Origin: Octopus sinensis
Taxonomy: Eukaryota
Length of the DNA stretch: 64,000 bases
Assembly (NCBI RefSeq): GCF_006345805.1
Contig: NC_043000.1
Span: 137,640,001-137,704,000, forward strand
Direction: 5' to 3'
The position numbers and the translations under genes were made by a program. Of this stretch, positions 49,581 to 63,940 are shown one piece after another; the first letter of the stretch is position 1; the number at the start of each line of letters is the position of its first letter. The notes beneath the pieces are model-generated. The model searched no databases. It was not told where the DNA came from and saw only the letters and a list, made by a program, of their open reading frames with translations.

Positions 49581-52090
49581 AGCAACAGTCGCAAAAATAG
49601 TAGTTGCAGCAGTAGTAATTAGCACATACTTGTTTGTTGTAGATACATGCTTTAATTTGCAATTACTCAAACCACATTCGAATGTTTTGCATATTATTAT
49701 TAACATCACATTTCCCCGCCAGATTTCTGTTCGATCAAACTAAGATCTCAATACTTTTTAGACAATGCAATCTTCTCCAGTATAGCAAAATCGTTTATAA
49801 AATATTCATTAGCGTTGTGGTGTCTCATAAATTGCTATATCAACACCACCTTCTTCTGTATTTTGTCTGGATGTTGCATTTATTTAGTATTGCTTCGTTA
49901 CTTTCCTCAACATTTTGCCGATGCTATATGGAACGTGTTTCGTGATGGCGGATATTGTAATCGTTTTATGCCTACATTTCGCCATCACTATCTAAGTGGA
50001 TTATATTGAATGTCGTGTGCAAAGTTAATATTAGCTAGTGGTTTCCGAAGTGATAGATGCATTTTTAAACGAATTTATATTGAGTACTTGAAGTTTGATA
50101 ACTAACGAATATTTTTGTTTCTTTCCTTTTATATCTTTTTGATATACAAACTCAAAATATCCCTCTAAAGAAGTTTGTGTTCATGAAGTCACTTCTTTTC
50201 TAGTATTTTCTCATTGCTTTTTCTATAGTTGTGGATATATTCTCCATTATTTCTTAAGTTATTCCTTTGGAATCTTGCGTAAATACATATGAAATATTCA
50301 TAATAAAAAAGTATATTTACTTTAAATTGTTCAAAACATACACTTAAAAATGTAAGCTTATTAAGTTAGTTTCCTAGATCTACTATTATTGTATTATTGA
50401 AATGACATTGGATATAGAATGAAAGCTTCGCTACTTTAACGTCGTGTTCAAAAGGGGCGTACCATACATAAAACATTGCATTTTTAGTTCTTTCACTTAA
50501 TATCAATTAATATTTATTATATAACATTCCACAGATGCAACTGTCATTTTATAAATAAAGGATTTTGTGACCACTGGGTTGATGTTGATGTATAAGGTGT
50601 TGTCAAATTGTAAAATTCCGTTTAGGTAGTCTTTTACTTCTTTACCTTCATGAATATTGTTGAATCTATAAAACACATACAGAGCCAGTGGTTTCCCAGT
50701 TTTAAACATTATATTTCCCATTACTATTGTTTACATCTGTTTGCATTCATTCGCTCCTTTTCCACCAATGGATATTTTTCAGTAAGCATCGATGTTGAAA
50801 TATGCAAGCCTTCATCAGTTCATACAAGAATGAATGGCTTTAATAATATTTCGAGAATTTGCATCCTAAGTTCATAATTATAATATTAGGGCATAATGAC
50901 AGTGGTTTAATGAGATCAATATATCATATTTGAACTGTGTTATCTGCTAATAATGTATTTCCCCCTTACTGGCTTTTATTCTTTAATATCTTTTATTCAT
51001 GCAAGAAACCACATCTACGAGGTGTTTTATGCCAGATATTTTATTACTAGATTCTGCCCAATTATCACTTTACGTCTCCTGAATTCTTTTAAGATACTCT
51101 TGCCTTATTATATATTTACTCATTCATCCAATTCTTCTCTCCTACTTGTTTCACTTGAACTGTTCTCCTCTCTCACTCCACCGTTATGTAAGCATTTGCT
51201 TACATAATAGGAGAGCTGTCATTAATCCTATATTTATTGATGTATTTCAATATACTTTGCACACCCAGAATTGCAACTTAAAACTTATTACCTTAATAAG
51301 TAAGAGATATTTCATAGTTTTCCTAATTTTAAAATCTTCTTTATGAAAATAGAAACTGGCAGGGAATGAAACTAATTGTTAATATTTGTCTTCAATGAAA
51401 ATTCTCGATTCAGCCTAATATCCAATTACTTTATTAGTCTTTCGTAAGAAAAGCTGTAACAGGAAAAACAAGTAATGGTGACATTTAAAAAAACTGAGAA
51501 TATTTAATACATATATATATATTACACAACAAACTAAAAGCTAAAAACAATGATTCATAGTCGAAAATAAATTTGGTTTATGATGACCTGCAAAAAATAA
51601 CCATTTTGCTACTAAATACGAAGAACCTTTAGGTAAGTAGACCTTAAAAATATAGACTATGGAATATAATCACGATTACACGTAAACAGTACCTCCATAT
51701 ACAGACAGCAATCCCTGATGTTTGAAATATGTACAAAAAGCTATTCCATTTAGAGAAACTCTTTTACCGTATTCTTTATAAAGAATGTATTTATCTTTCC
51801 GGTATGTACATTGCTTCTGAACAGTATAGAATTTACTGTATTCTTCGTATTTCTTTAGTTGTTATTGTCGATGCCATTCTAGTTGCTACTGCTGTGGAAG
51901 TTGGAAACGGTGAAGGTGTAGACGGAACGTGGTTTTCTAATAACTCCGCTGCTTTTTGCACAATTTAATGAATAGAATCTTTACAGTCCTGTGACTCGGA
52001 AGGAAAACTTGTCTGAAGAGAAATGTAGACGACAATATGATAATATATCTAGAAATATAAATACAAAGATATAAACAGTTGCATACATGT

Positions 52091-52169
<79 letters not shown>

Positions 52170-52197
52170 ACACGCATAAATAAATGTGTGTGTGTGC

Positions 52198-52282
<85 letters not shown>

Positions 52283-52677
52283 CAGACACACACATATATA
52301 CATTTACATACATCCATGCATACACTCAAACATACATACCTACATACATACATTAATATATACAAACATACATACATGCTTACATATAAAGCCGAATGCG
52401 TATGCTCATATAAATATACGCTTAGGTTTGCTTGTGTATGTGTACGCTGTCTCCATAAAATTGAGAAAAATATGCATATAATGATTCGAATATATGTCGA
52501 CGTATAGCTGCACACAATAGCTTCACAAAGAATCAAACACACACACAAAACACACACACACACATACAAACACGTACACACGCGTACACACACTCACATA
52601 TGAATACCTGTGCGCTGCATACAGTTCACACATGTGCAAGCACAATTACAAAGCCACACGCATGTTCTTGTGTGTAT

Positions 52678-52723
<46 letters not shown>

Positions 52724-53103
52724 CTGTGGGCGTGTGTGTGAAAACTGTTTTCAATTTTGCTGCTTTCCTATTTTCGAAAAACTTGCATATTTATGACTTA
52801 TTCCTACACATATTTAAGTACGCCTGTATAATTACGTTTTTCTGTGGATACACATAAATCCACACGTGACACATACATATATGTATATACAAATACATAC
52901 ATACACACACACATATATGTATATATGTTTATATATCTATGTAAACATTTATATATGTATATATATTATATTACATATATATATGCGCTCACACACATAT
53001 ATATATATGTATGTGTTTGATTATATATGCGTGCGTGTGAAGTGTGTGCATGCATATATTATACATATATATGTGTATCTGTGTCCGTGTATTTATGTAT
53101 GTA

Positions 53104-53144
<41 letters not shown>

Positions 53145-53253
53145 CATATATATTATATATATATAATCTCTCTCTCTATATATATATACCCTATATATAT
53201 ATGCATATATCTATGTCTATATAAATACATACATACATACATACATATACATA

Positions 53254-53333
<80 letters not shown>

Positions 53334-54173
53334 TATATGTTTACATATATCATACTCAGTGGCCACCGACCATATTCGGTTGACATAAACATAAATAATG
53401 GAACCTCAGAACGCAGGAATATTGGTATATGTTGCTGTGATTCTGTATTTTGGGGAAGAAGAAATCAGTCTTGCAGCATAACATTTCTTTACGCAAACGA
53501 ATGAAAATAAACGTTAATACGAGCAACAATATAACTTATTTGAAAAGTAAAAAAAAATACTGTTTTAAACTTATATATCTCTCCAACAAAATTAATTGAG
53601 GAATTCGTTCTACAATGTGGTTACATTTATTCTATTAAAACAATCGAAATTTGATTTTTCCTCGCAGTCAGACATACGATTCCACCTAGAAACATATATT
53701 CTCCCTCACTGATTTTGGGTAGTTTATAGTAGTTGAACAACTGATAATCGAATAATTCAATTGTTCGCATATATTATCTATTTATTCTTACATTTATTTG
53801 AAGCAAATATTAAGAGACTGAAAGATTATGCAAACGTTATTTTATTTTCGTGTTTGTACACACACACACACACACATATATATAATATATATATATATAT
53901 ATATGTATTTGTATGATACTATTAAGCGTATACCATAATTTGTCATACACGTATATGTTTATGAATTTTCGTTAACCCAGGCGAAGATGGTATATATATA
54001 CTTTCCTTCTCTCTATATGCGTCAGTGTTTATGTATAAATATATAGACATTTATATAAATAAATATTGATATAAGTATATATTTGTATGCATATATACAT
54101 TCATATACGCATAAATATACATATATATGTAACATATATACACATTTATGTAATATAGATATAAAGCTGCAAG

Positions 54174-54225
<52 letters not shown>

Positions 54226-54229
54226 ATTA

Positions 54230-54278
<49 letters not shown>

Positions 54279-54446
54279 ATATTTCTGTCTATTATGTCAA
54301 TATACATATGTGCGTGAATTTCTGTGTATTTTACGTATATGTGTGTGTGTGCGTGTTTCTGTGTGTATTTACATACACACAGAAACATGCATGCACACAA
54401 AAGTGTATACATATATGGATATCTACATGCATGTACAGAAAGAGAC

Positions 54447-54507
<61 letters not shown>

Positions 54508-56338
54508 AAAGGAAGAAAGAAAGTTTGAGAGAATTGTTTGAACAACTTGAAATCTGAAACTCAGAGTTACGTTTCAAGAAGTTTTTCAGTACGAAGAGAA
54601 AGTTGTAAACTGTTCGCGGAAAGTGATAGTAAATAGCTGTCATGATTCACGACCTTCTCTAAACACTTCAAAATGGGATATATTTATGACTTTTACATTT
54701 CCAGCGTGTATAATATTACACGAAAAATTTAGTTTCAAATCGAAATATATCGTCTGAAATTCCATTCGTATTCTTTTTTATTTAATTTTCTTTGAACATT
54801 TACTTTAGTGTTCATTTCATCTTTTGAATAAGTACCAAGAAGGTTTATAGAAATTAAATTATTATTACTGCATGTATGTCATATTTTCCGATGGCATCCA
54901 TGATAGCAAACGTTAACATCCAATGACAGGTAATACACTAGTAAGGTTATAATACATTATTTTTCTGGGTTTTTTTTCTGAGAATACATTTTAAAAGAAA
55001 GCTGTATTAAAGTGCTATATAATAATCCAAGTATACTTCAACGGGTCTATAATAGAGCTATCTAGCACCACAACTAGTTGCTCAGTCTGAAATAGTAAAT
55101 ACAAGCTTCAAAATATCTAATGAATCATTAGTACTATATCTTCTGAAAGAAAGTTTACATATATCTCACCACACATAGCATCCTTTATACCTACCAATAC
55201 CTATTAATAGTAGAATGATTACAATAGTATGTACAAGAAAGCACTAAGTCGGAGAAAGAAGTATTTTTCCTGGATTTGAATATATATTTCTCTGTATATC
55301 ATTTGCATTCCCAGTAGCACAAATTTCGTCCACTGATAATTGTTACAGATAATATTATTATCGTTCTAATTTTAAGAAAAATACTGCATAGATGAAGCTT
55401 AACTCAGTGGAAACATAGCGATTCCCTTGATGAAATAATTTAGTTTTGAATTTATGTATTCAAAATTATCGTGAATGTATGTACCTCACTTTAAAAACGG
55501 AATCAATAGGAACATTTCTTCTGGGAGATCTGAAATGATCTTGAAAAAAATTTCACACTATATTGTTGTATAAGTAATAGTTTTTTTCCAAGAATGGTGA
55601 CTATCCTATTCTTTTATCTCTTTAGAATTTTACACCAACGAAATTATAATATTAATATCTCTGCCAAGAGAGTTAGATACGTTCCCGCTTAATAACCCAG
55701 CACTATAGTCATCAAAGATGTTAAGGTGTGTATTAACGAAAACATCTCACTAATGTTCTATAATGTATGAATAGACAAACAAACACATTAAAATATAAAT
55801 TGAGAAATCATTTCTTATTTGTTTGCATTTGAATCTTTCAATATTAAACCATCTGTTGCGCAAGCATTCTTTGAAAAAACAAACTTAAACTACTTCCCTT
55901 GTGACTATGCATGCCAACTATGAAATTTTTAAAGTTTTAATACTGTGTATTAATTGCTATCAACTATTAAATTGTAGTTTATTGACTTGTTATTGTAATT
56001 CTTGTCCAAAATATATACCCGCATATCATACTCATTCTGGAAGCCACAGCGGTTAAGAGTAATTGTGTTGATAAAATACATTACTTATTAATAATGGTTT
56101 CTAACATGAAATTACTTATCACTTTATACTAGAAAATCTGATATGTAACAGCAATAAAATTTCTGCTGGAAGATCTGTTAATGAATATATGTGGAATATA
56201 CATTTATTTCAACTGACTTCAGTCATGTAGATATTATTATTTAGATATTAAATATTTGTGGTAATATATGCATTTAATAAATCTCACACTCCTATAAAGA
56301 TCTAACAGACTTATACTGCATTACAGTGTAAACATATT

Positions 56339-56525
56339 TACTCTTCTATTTGTTTTAGTCATTTGACTGCGGCCATGCTGGAGCACCGCCTTTAGTCGAC
56401 CAAATCACCCCAGTGCGTATTTTTTGTATGCCTAGTACTTATTCTATCTGTCTCTCTTGCCGAACTGCTATTTGTCAAGCGTTGGTGAGGGGACAAGCAC
56501 AGACGTGCAACCATACACTCACGCA

Positions 56526-56601
<76 letters not shown>

Positions 56602-56740
56602 GACGGACTTCTTTCCATTTCCGTCTACTAAATCCACTTACAAGGCTTTGCTCGGCCCGAGGCTATAGTAGAAGACACTTACCCAAGGTGCGACGCAATG
56701 GGACTGAATCTAGAACCACTTGGTTGGTAAGCAAGCTACT
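56339..56740 (-). mobile_element. SINE family B
   Basis: Full body with internal (CA)n; head slightly trimmed. Confidence 0.85.
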
Positions 56741-58832
56741 TTATTTCATAAAATTAGCTATGCAGCCGCACAAAAATGTAGCTTCGGGTTGGACAAAGAC
56801 ACAATGATGATGGAATGAAAGAAATGGTTGGTGGGAGAAGCAAACAATGCCCACCGATTGATGCATTCTCGAAAACATTATTCTCACAACGAAACAAAAT
56901 GAGGTATTGAACCTCTTACCTCAGTTAAAAATGGACGAAATCGTTCTTACAAATTGAGGCGCTGAACCTCTTACCAAAAAATACAAACAAATTCAAATTG
57001 AGGCACTAAGGCCTCTTAACTTTCCTCCCCGACCATGCTATATGCCTCCCGCAGGCAATCCTGCAGTTCTAAGTCGGGGCCCCAGAAAGCAAAACTGGAT
57101 TGGCCCTTGGCAAAGGAGTCCATAACCCTGAACATTTCAACCTCTGTTAGGACCTCCGCAGGTAACTGCGGAGGCCAATCCAGGATAGGACCTCCTCCCT
57201 CCGGCTCTTCAGCTTCTTCACAAAGCACTGTACCGCCCCTCTCTTATGAAAGTAAGCAAGCTACTCACCACATAACCACTACTGCGCACAGCTACTTTTG
57301 CATCTAGTTAAGAATTAGGATATTGGCGTTCGCTTTTGTAAGATAGAATATATGTCAATAGTAAACTGTTACTAAATTTAAGAATCCAGTCAGGTATTTC
57401 GACCCAAAATATCAAGGGAGTCCAAATTGAACTCGGATTTTATAATGATATACTTGTGAAGAGAGGGAGGGAGTAGAAGGTATCGATAAGCAATATGGGA
57501 GAGGGGGAATAGATGATAAATATGTAACACTATCATTTGAGCGAGTGACTGAGGGTGAGAAAATCTTCAATGGAACACGTTTTAATAAATCCTATCAACG
57601 GCGGAAGCTTTGCTTATTTAGGCAACCAGACAGATAAATATTTTCGTCGGAACTCATGACAATTTTGTCAATCGTCTCCACTGAGAACGTTTTCTGAAAA
57701 TGCTTCTAGCTTTCATACTTGATCATTTATTTTCTTCTCAATAAATTATTAAGATTTACATAACATTTAAATTACAATGATAAACATTTAAATCAAGGTG
57801 CAATATCAAACGTCCACTACTGTCTTAACTACCTAGTTCAGCCCTCAGTAATTGAAATGTAGAGTAGAACTAGAACTACGCTAAGTCTCGTCAAGATGAG
57901 ATTTAGAAGGCGTTTGCTGCCTACGAGCCGCACTCTGTTAAAAAGTGGAGGAACACCTTTTCTTGTGCGCAAAAACTATTATCCTCATTTCACATTGATG
58001 TTATTGTTAAACTTACAGAACAACTGGGATTAAGTAGATGTAGTTGAAATTAATTAAACACGCATTTTAGCGTGCTTAAGTGAACTTATACGCTCTTTCC
58101 TTATTTAATATGTTCGACAATAATTTGAATAAAATATGCTTGCTTTTGCTAACATGCCGAGCAAACAGAGAGGTATCCAATGTCAGATCTTCTGAAATGT
58201 CATATGGAAAAAATCTTATAAAAGCATTACCAAGATGCTTAATGTTATTTAATGATAATTATTCTTAGAGATAATAAAAATGATCGACACCGTTAAGGTT
58301 AATATTTGTAAAACAACATGGAAGTATATATTTGCAATTAGTGATTTCAATTTTTTTAACGTACATATTTCTCCTTCAATAATTACAATATTTTAAACGT
58401 GAGTTTATTCACCGTAGGTGTAACCTCTTCTCCAACTTTCAATTTTCTACACAAAGTAAAAACAAATATTTTCTTACCATGCGAGAATCGATTTTGTATT
58501 TAGATATGGAGGGAAAATAATATCTGAAACAATCTAACGAAAAATTATGCATACAGCTAATATTCAGACATTTCGGTAGGACACGTAAGAATAGCCGATA
58601 ACTAAGTCTTTTAATCTCTGATTCTCATATAAATGATTGTGTATCATAAGAATAAGATAACATAGCACAAACCACTGCGACATTTCATAGGGATTTACCT
58701 AGAATCAAGCAAATACTATCTTTTCAGTCTTATCAGAAACTTAATCATATATACATTCGTAGACATTCACATCCTTTGGCACACTTCCCAATACAACAGT
58801 TACACACGTTTGCGCGTGTGTGTGCGTCGGTA

Positions 58833-59233
58833 TACTCTTTACTCTTTAACTTGTTTCAGTCATTTGACTGTGGCCATGCTGGAGCACCGCCTCCAGTCGA
58901 GCAAATCGACCCCACGATTTATTCGTTGTAAGCCTAGTACTTACTCTATCGGTCTCTTTTGCCGAACCGCTAAGTTACGGGGACGTAAACACACCAGCAT
59001 CGGTTGTCATGCAATGTTGGGGGGAAAAGCACAGACACTCAAACACACACACACACATGTATATATACATATATACGACGGGCTTCTTCCAGTTTCCGTC
59101 TACCAAATCCACTCACAAGGCTTTGGTCGGCCCGTGGCTATAGTAGAAGACACTTGCCCAAGGTGCCACGCAGTGAGACTGAACCCGGAACCATGTGGCT
59201 GGTAAGCAAGCTACTTACCACACAGCCACTCCT
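58833..59233 (-). mobile_element. SINE family B, full length
   Basis: tRNA-like head (minus strand aggagtggctgtgtggtaag...ggttcagtctc), internal microsatellite, tail aaagagta. Confidence 0.9.
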
Positions 59234-59813
59234 ACGGTATGAATATATAATATAGACATGCATATGATGAGTATACATTCATGCATACGCACGAATATAT
59301 ATGTCCAGAAACGGAGAGAGAGAGAGAGAAGAAGAGAGAGAGAATGAGAGAGAGAGAAAGAGAGAGAGAGTGTGTGTGTGTGTGTGTGTGTGTGTGCACG
59401 CGGGGGGAAGTGCTCTCTACAAGCGAATTTCTAAAATCTGGGTGTCTGTGGAAAAAATTCTTAGGGTAAAGGGATCCAGATATGCATCTGTGAACTGGTG
59501 GAGAAACGACTACTGGGTGAAGGATCGTGCTTTTGGTCAGGGTTGTCCTTGATCTGTGGCGTTTCTTGATCAGTCTTGATTGGAAGCCCTTCTGTATCAG
59601 GAGGTTTGCTTCATCCTTGTATTCACAAGCTTCGTAAACTCCCTAGGCTTTTATCTCAATTCACAGTCTTTTCTTTGTTTTCTTCTCACACAAATTTTAA
59701 ACTGATCTTGTAATGTATCCCTCATCTGAGCCCATGGGCAAAATAAATGAAATCATTATCATCATCATCACCATCTTCACCTGTACGGATTATTTTCTAC
59801 CTATAAACGTATG

Positions 59814-60209
59814 TGGAGGCGCAATGGCCCAGTGGTTAGGGCAGCGGACTCGCGGTCATAGGATCGCGGTTTCGATTCCCAGACCGGGCGTTGTGAGTGT
59901 TTATTGAGCGAAAACACCTAAAGCTCCATGAGGCTCCGGCAGAAGATGGTGGTGATCCCTGCTGTACTGTTTCACCACAACTTTCTCTCACTCTTACTTC
60001 TTGTTTCTGTTGTACCTGTATTTCAAAGGGCCGGCCTTGTCACTCTCTGTGTCACGCTCAATATCCCCGAGAACTACGTTAAGGGTACATGTGTCTGTGG
60101 AGTGCTCAGCCACTTACACGTTAATTTCACGAGCAGGCTGTTCCGTTGATTCGGATCAACCGGAACCCTTGTTGTCGTAACCGACGGAGTGCTTCAAAAA
60201 AAAAAAAAA
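59814..60209 (+). mobile_element. SINE family C, full length with poly(A)
   Basis: Box A tggcccagtggtt, box B ggtttcgattccc, A14 tail, and acgtatgt repeated on both flanks. Confidence 0.88.
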
Positions 60210-61354
60210 TACACGTATGTCTCATACATTATCTTCTCTTTTTTTTTTACTCTTTCATGTAATTCTTCTCACAACCTGGCGTTCTCCTTTACTTCTTCGT
60301 TCTTCTTTTTGTCTTCTCGTTGTGACTATCGTAATTGTCACGCAAAACTGCATCCGAAATTCTAGTCAAAATGAACATGATCCAAATTGGGGTATTTTCA
60401 TACGCATATTTTGCTATTACACCATTTTCCTCGAAAGCGTAAATGAAACTGCTATATTTCTCAACAAAACAGAGCAGGCTTATATATGACGCTATCGCTT
60501 GCTTCTTAAACTACAGTTTTAATGATTAAGATCATAATTTATAGATTTACAAGGTTAGTGAGACAGACCATAGTTTGTTTCGGAATCCCTAATCTGAGAC
60601 TTGTGTTCTACGAGAGATTATTGGTTTTTGTACACAAGTACAACTCTGATTTGCGAAAGAAATTTCTATTGGGTTGTTTTGAAGAATATAGTTATTTTGT
60701 TTTTGTTATGTGAGAGAGAAAGATGGACGAAACTGAATTGGGAATATATGTGTTGAATAGAATCAAATCTTTCAAAAATATTATGTCGCAAAAGGATATT
60801 TTCTTTCTCTTCTATAATTTCGACTATTTTCATTATAGCTTTTACTTAACAAAGTTCCTATAAAGATGTGTGGATTTATACATATGCATCCACGCTTTAC
60901 ACACACACGCACACATACACACATACGTTTATGCTCAAGTATAGATATATTTCTTTCTTTTGTTCTTTCTTTATTTCCTTCTATCTATCTATCCATATAT
61001 CTCTCTATCTATCTATTTATCATCTACCTACCAGCATGCGCGCGCCAGTGTGGGACTCTATACATAATATTAATTTCATCCCTAACTTTTTCTGAAACTG
61101 ACATATTCCAGTTTTCGATATTCCGATTAAGTACTGCTAAATAGGTGTAGTTGTCGTGTAGAATAATTCAAAATTAACATGCATAACCTAATGTTAGATC
61201 CCTTTCAGGAAGCAGACTAATTCTTTAGTATTTCTTCTACACATTTCATTCAGTGACAGAGAGACGTTCATGCGGATGTTTCCACCGGGTTTCCACATTC
61301 TAAACACATACATACTTTCATACGTACGTATGTATATATGCATGTATGTATGTA

Positions 61355-61569
61355 CAAGGGGGTGTTGAAAAGTTCATGGGTTTGAGTAGAAGAAAACGCA
61401 GGAGGATCAGTTAATTATAATTTTATTAAACATGTTTACCTCTCAGATTCAAACACTTACTGCAACGGTCCTTCAGTTTTCTAAGCCCTGTAAAAGACTT
61501 AAAAGTTTGAGCCTCCAATATGACCTTTCACGATACCCTTAAAGGCAGGAACTTCTCCACACGCTCTTG
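61355..61569 (+). mobile_element. Tc1/mariner-type MITE (215 bp)
   Basis: Imperfect TIRs caagggggtgttgaaaagttc / gaacttctccacacgctcttg, with TA on both sides. Confidence 0.75.
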
Positions 61570-61809
61570 TATATATATGTATGTCATTGTTCAATTTTAT
61601 TTGAGTCTCGGTTTCTAACCTAGATTCAAGGCTCCTTTGGAGTTTCCTCATCAACAACAGTGTATTTTTCTTTGCATGTATATATATGTATGTATAGGTG
61701 CAGATTTGTATGTTTTGCTTTATCTATGTATTCTTATGCATATGCTTTCATATCTAGACTCCTTTTTATTGTGAAAATATGTGTTTGTGTGTGTGTGTGT
61801 GTGTATGTC

Positions 61810-62677
61810 ATTATTCATATACGTGCTTATCTTGACATGCTCGTATATATTTAAATCATAAACGTCTGGAACATTTTACATATTTTACAGTACCAGTGAT
61901 GACTTGGATCTCTAGTCTTCGAATCAGCTTTATCCTTTCTGGTTTTGAGAAGCCTAATTTCTCAAGGCTGGTATTTACGTAGTGTTACATATCCCATTGC
62001 CCCAGTAATTACAGGTATAAGCCTGAACTTGTAATCTGGATAAAATAACTGCAGATTTTTCAATAGTTCGGCGTAGGTATTCTCTTTTTCACTAGTCTTC
62101 AGTTTTATATTAATATCCACTTGGCAGCTCATTTCCACAACTGTACACAATTTCTCTTCTCTATCCCAAATCATGTTATTGAGGTTTTCACTGGGGCATT
62201 CCACCAGTATTCATTTTTATTATGAATGGCTATGACTTCTACCATACTGTGGGTTCATATTACTTTGTCCTCGGTGTTATCCTTTCAACGGATTTCATTA
62301 TATAATGACCTAGCTACAACATCATGTCTCATCGGTAGATACTACTGTGATGACAACTGCTTATGATGTGCGGAAGACATCTTCGGTGTTAACTCCACAA
62401 ATCTGCATAGGTTGTCACATTTTGCTGCTTTTCCTGCATCTCTGTCGCTGTTGTGCATCGGGTATATAGTTTATATTTCCTGCTCCTGAATTGCAAACGT
62501 ATGCCCTTCATAGAAGAGGGTAGTAATCCAGTTGTTGGTCCATGATAGATTGCTTTGATGGTCAATGTTACTGTCATATCTGAGCTATGTATTAACATAT
62601 CCATGTATGGTCCTCTGCTCATTACTCTCATCCTTTCATCTGATATGTTGCGGTAGATTCGTGTGACTTCCTCTGGC
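61810..62677 (-). pseudogene. Divergent RLE-type (R4-like) LINE 3' remnant
   Basis: Broken translation LCRFV..EDV..HIISSC..YLPMRHDVVA (CCHC + RHD), IWDREEKLCTVVEMSC..EKENTYAELL..IPVITGAMG, ending IQVITGTVKICKMF. Confidence 0.8.
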
Positions 62678-62750
62678 ATGTATGTATGAATGTATGTATG
62701 TATGTATGTATGTATGTATGTATGCATGTATGTATGTATGTGTGAACGTA

Positions 62751-63183
62751 TACTCTTTTACTCTTTTACTTGTTTCAGTCATTTGACAGTGGCCATGCTG
62801 GAGCACCGCTATTAGTCGGGCAAATCGTCCCCAGGACTTGTAAGCCTAGTATTATATCGGTTTCTTTTGCCGAACCGCTAAGTTACGGGGACGTAAACAC
62901 ACCAGCATCGGTTGACAAGCGATGTTGGGGGGGATAAACAAGACACACAAACATACACACAAACACACACACACACACACACACACCACACACATATATA
63001 TATAGACATATACATATATATACGACGGGCTTCTTTCAGTTTCCGTCTACCAAATCCACTCACAAGGCTTTGGTCGGCCCGAGGCTATAGTAAGTAGAAG
63101 ACACTTGCCCAAAGTGTCACGCAGAGGGACTGAACACGGAACCATGTGGTTGGTAAGCAAGCCACCCACCACACAGCCACTCC
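62751..63183 (-). mobile_element. SINE family B, full length
   Basis: Same structure as 58833-59233. Confidence 0.9.
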
Positions 63184-63536
63184 ACTTATGTTTTCCTCTA
63201 ATCTCTTTCCCCTTTTCATTTCTGATACTCTCCTTCACAGCTGACTGTCTGACTATTAAAATTTCTTAAGTGTCCAGTAGGCCTTTATTTCACCTTTGCA
63301 TGCTGTGTCAGTTAGGCTTTTCATTCCACAGAAACATACCATCTGAAGGTGATAGTGTTGATTAAAATACAAAAGATTAGGTTAATAGTCAGACGAATTC
63401 ATACTATTTCTATAATAGCAATAGATACCACATTATTATACATTATTCTCTAAATCTGTTTCTATCATTTTGTGTCAATTATTCTTTTTACAAACTCACG
63501 CACATCAGTATTTTTGTAGTTATGTACACACACGCA

Positions 63537-63584
<48 letters not shown>

Positions 63585-63586
<2 letters not shown>

Positions 63587-63893
63587 CTTTTATTCTTTAA
63601 CTTATTTCAGTCATTTTGATGTGGCCATGCTGGAACTGCCTTTAGACGAACAAATCGACCCCAGAGCTTATTCTTTGTAAGCGTAGTACTTATTCTATTG
63701 GTCTCTATTGCCGAACCGCTAAGTTACGGGGTCTTACGCGCGCCAAAATCGGTTGTCAGGCGATTCTGGAGGGACAAACACAGACACACAAATACATACA
63801 TACACACATGCATATATAAATATATATAGACATATATACATGCACATATCTACATACATTTATACACACACACACACCACACACACACCACAC

Positions 63894-63940
<47 letters not shown>

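Noticed and set aside
53395-53480. Signal-peptide-like [19 protein letters not shown] on plus
   Set aside because: Stops after 27 codons with no splice donor.
55200-58200. Several short AG...GT windows on the minus strand (e.g. 55476-55520, near 58090-58195)
   Set aside because: Expected by chance in AT-rich DNA; no supporting protein similarity.
59400-59720. GC-richer segment, possible transposase fragment
   Set aside because: No DDE or other motif is recognisable; left unannotated.
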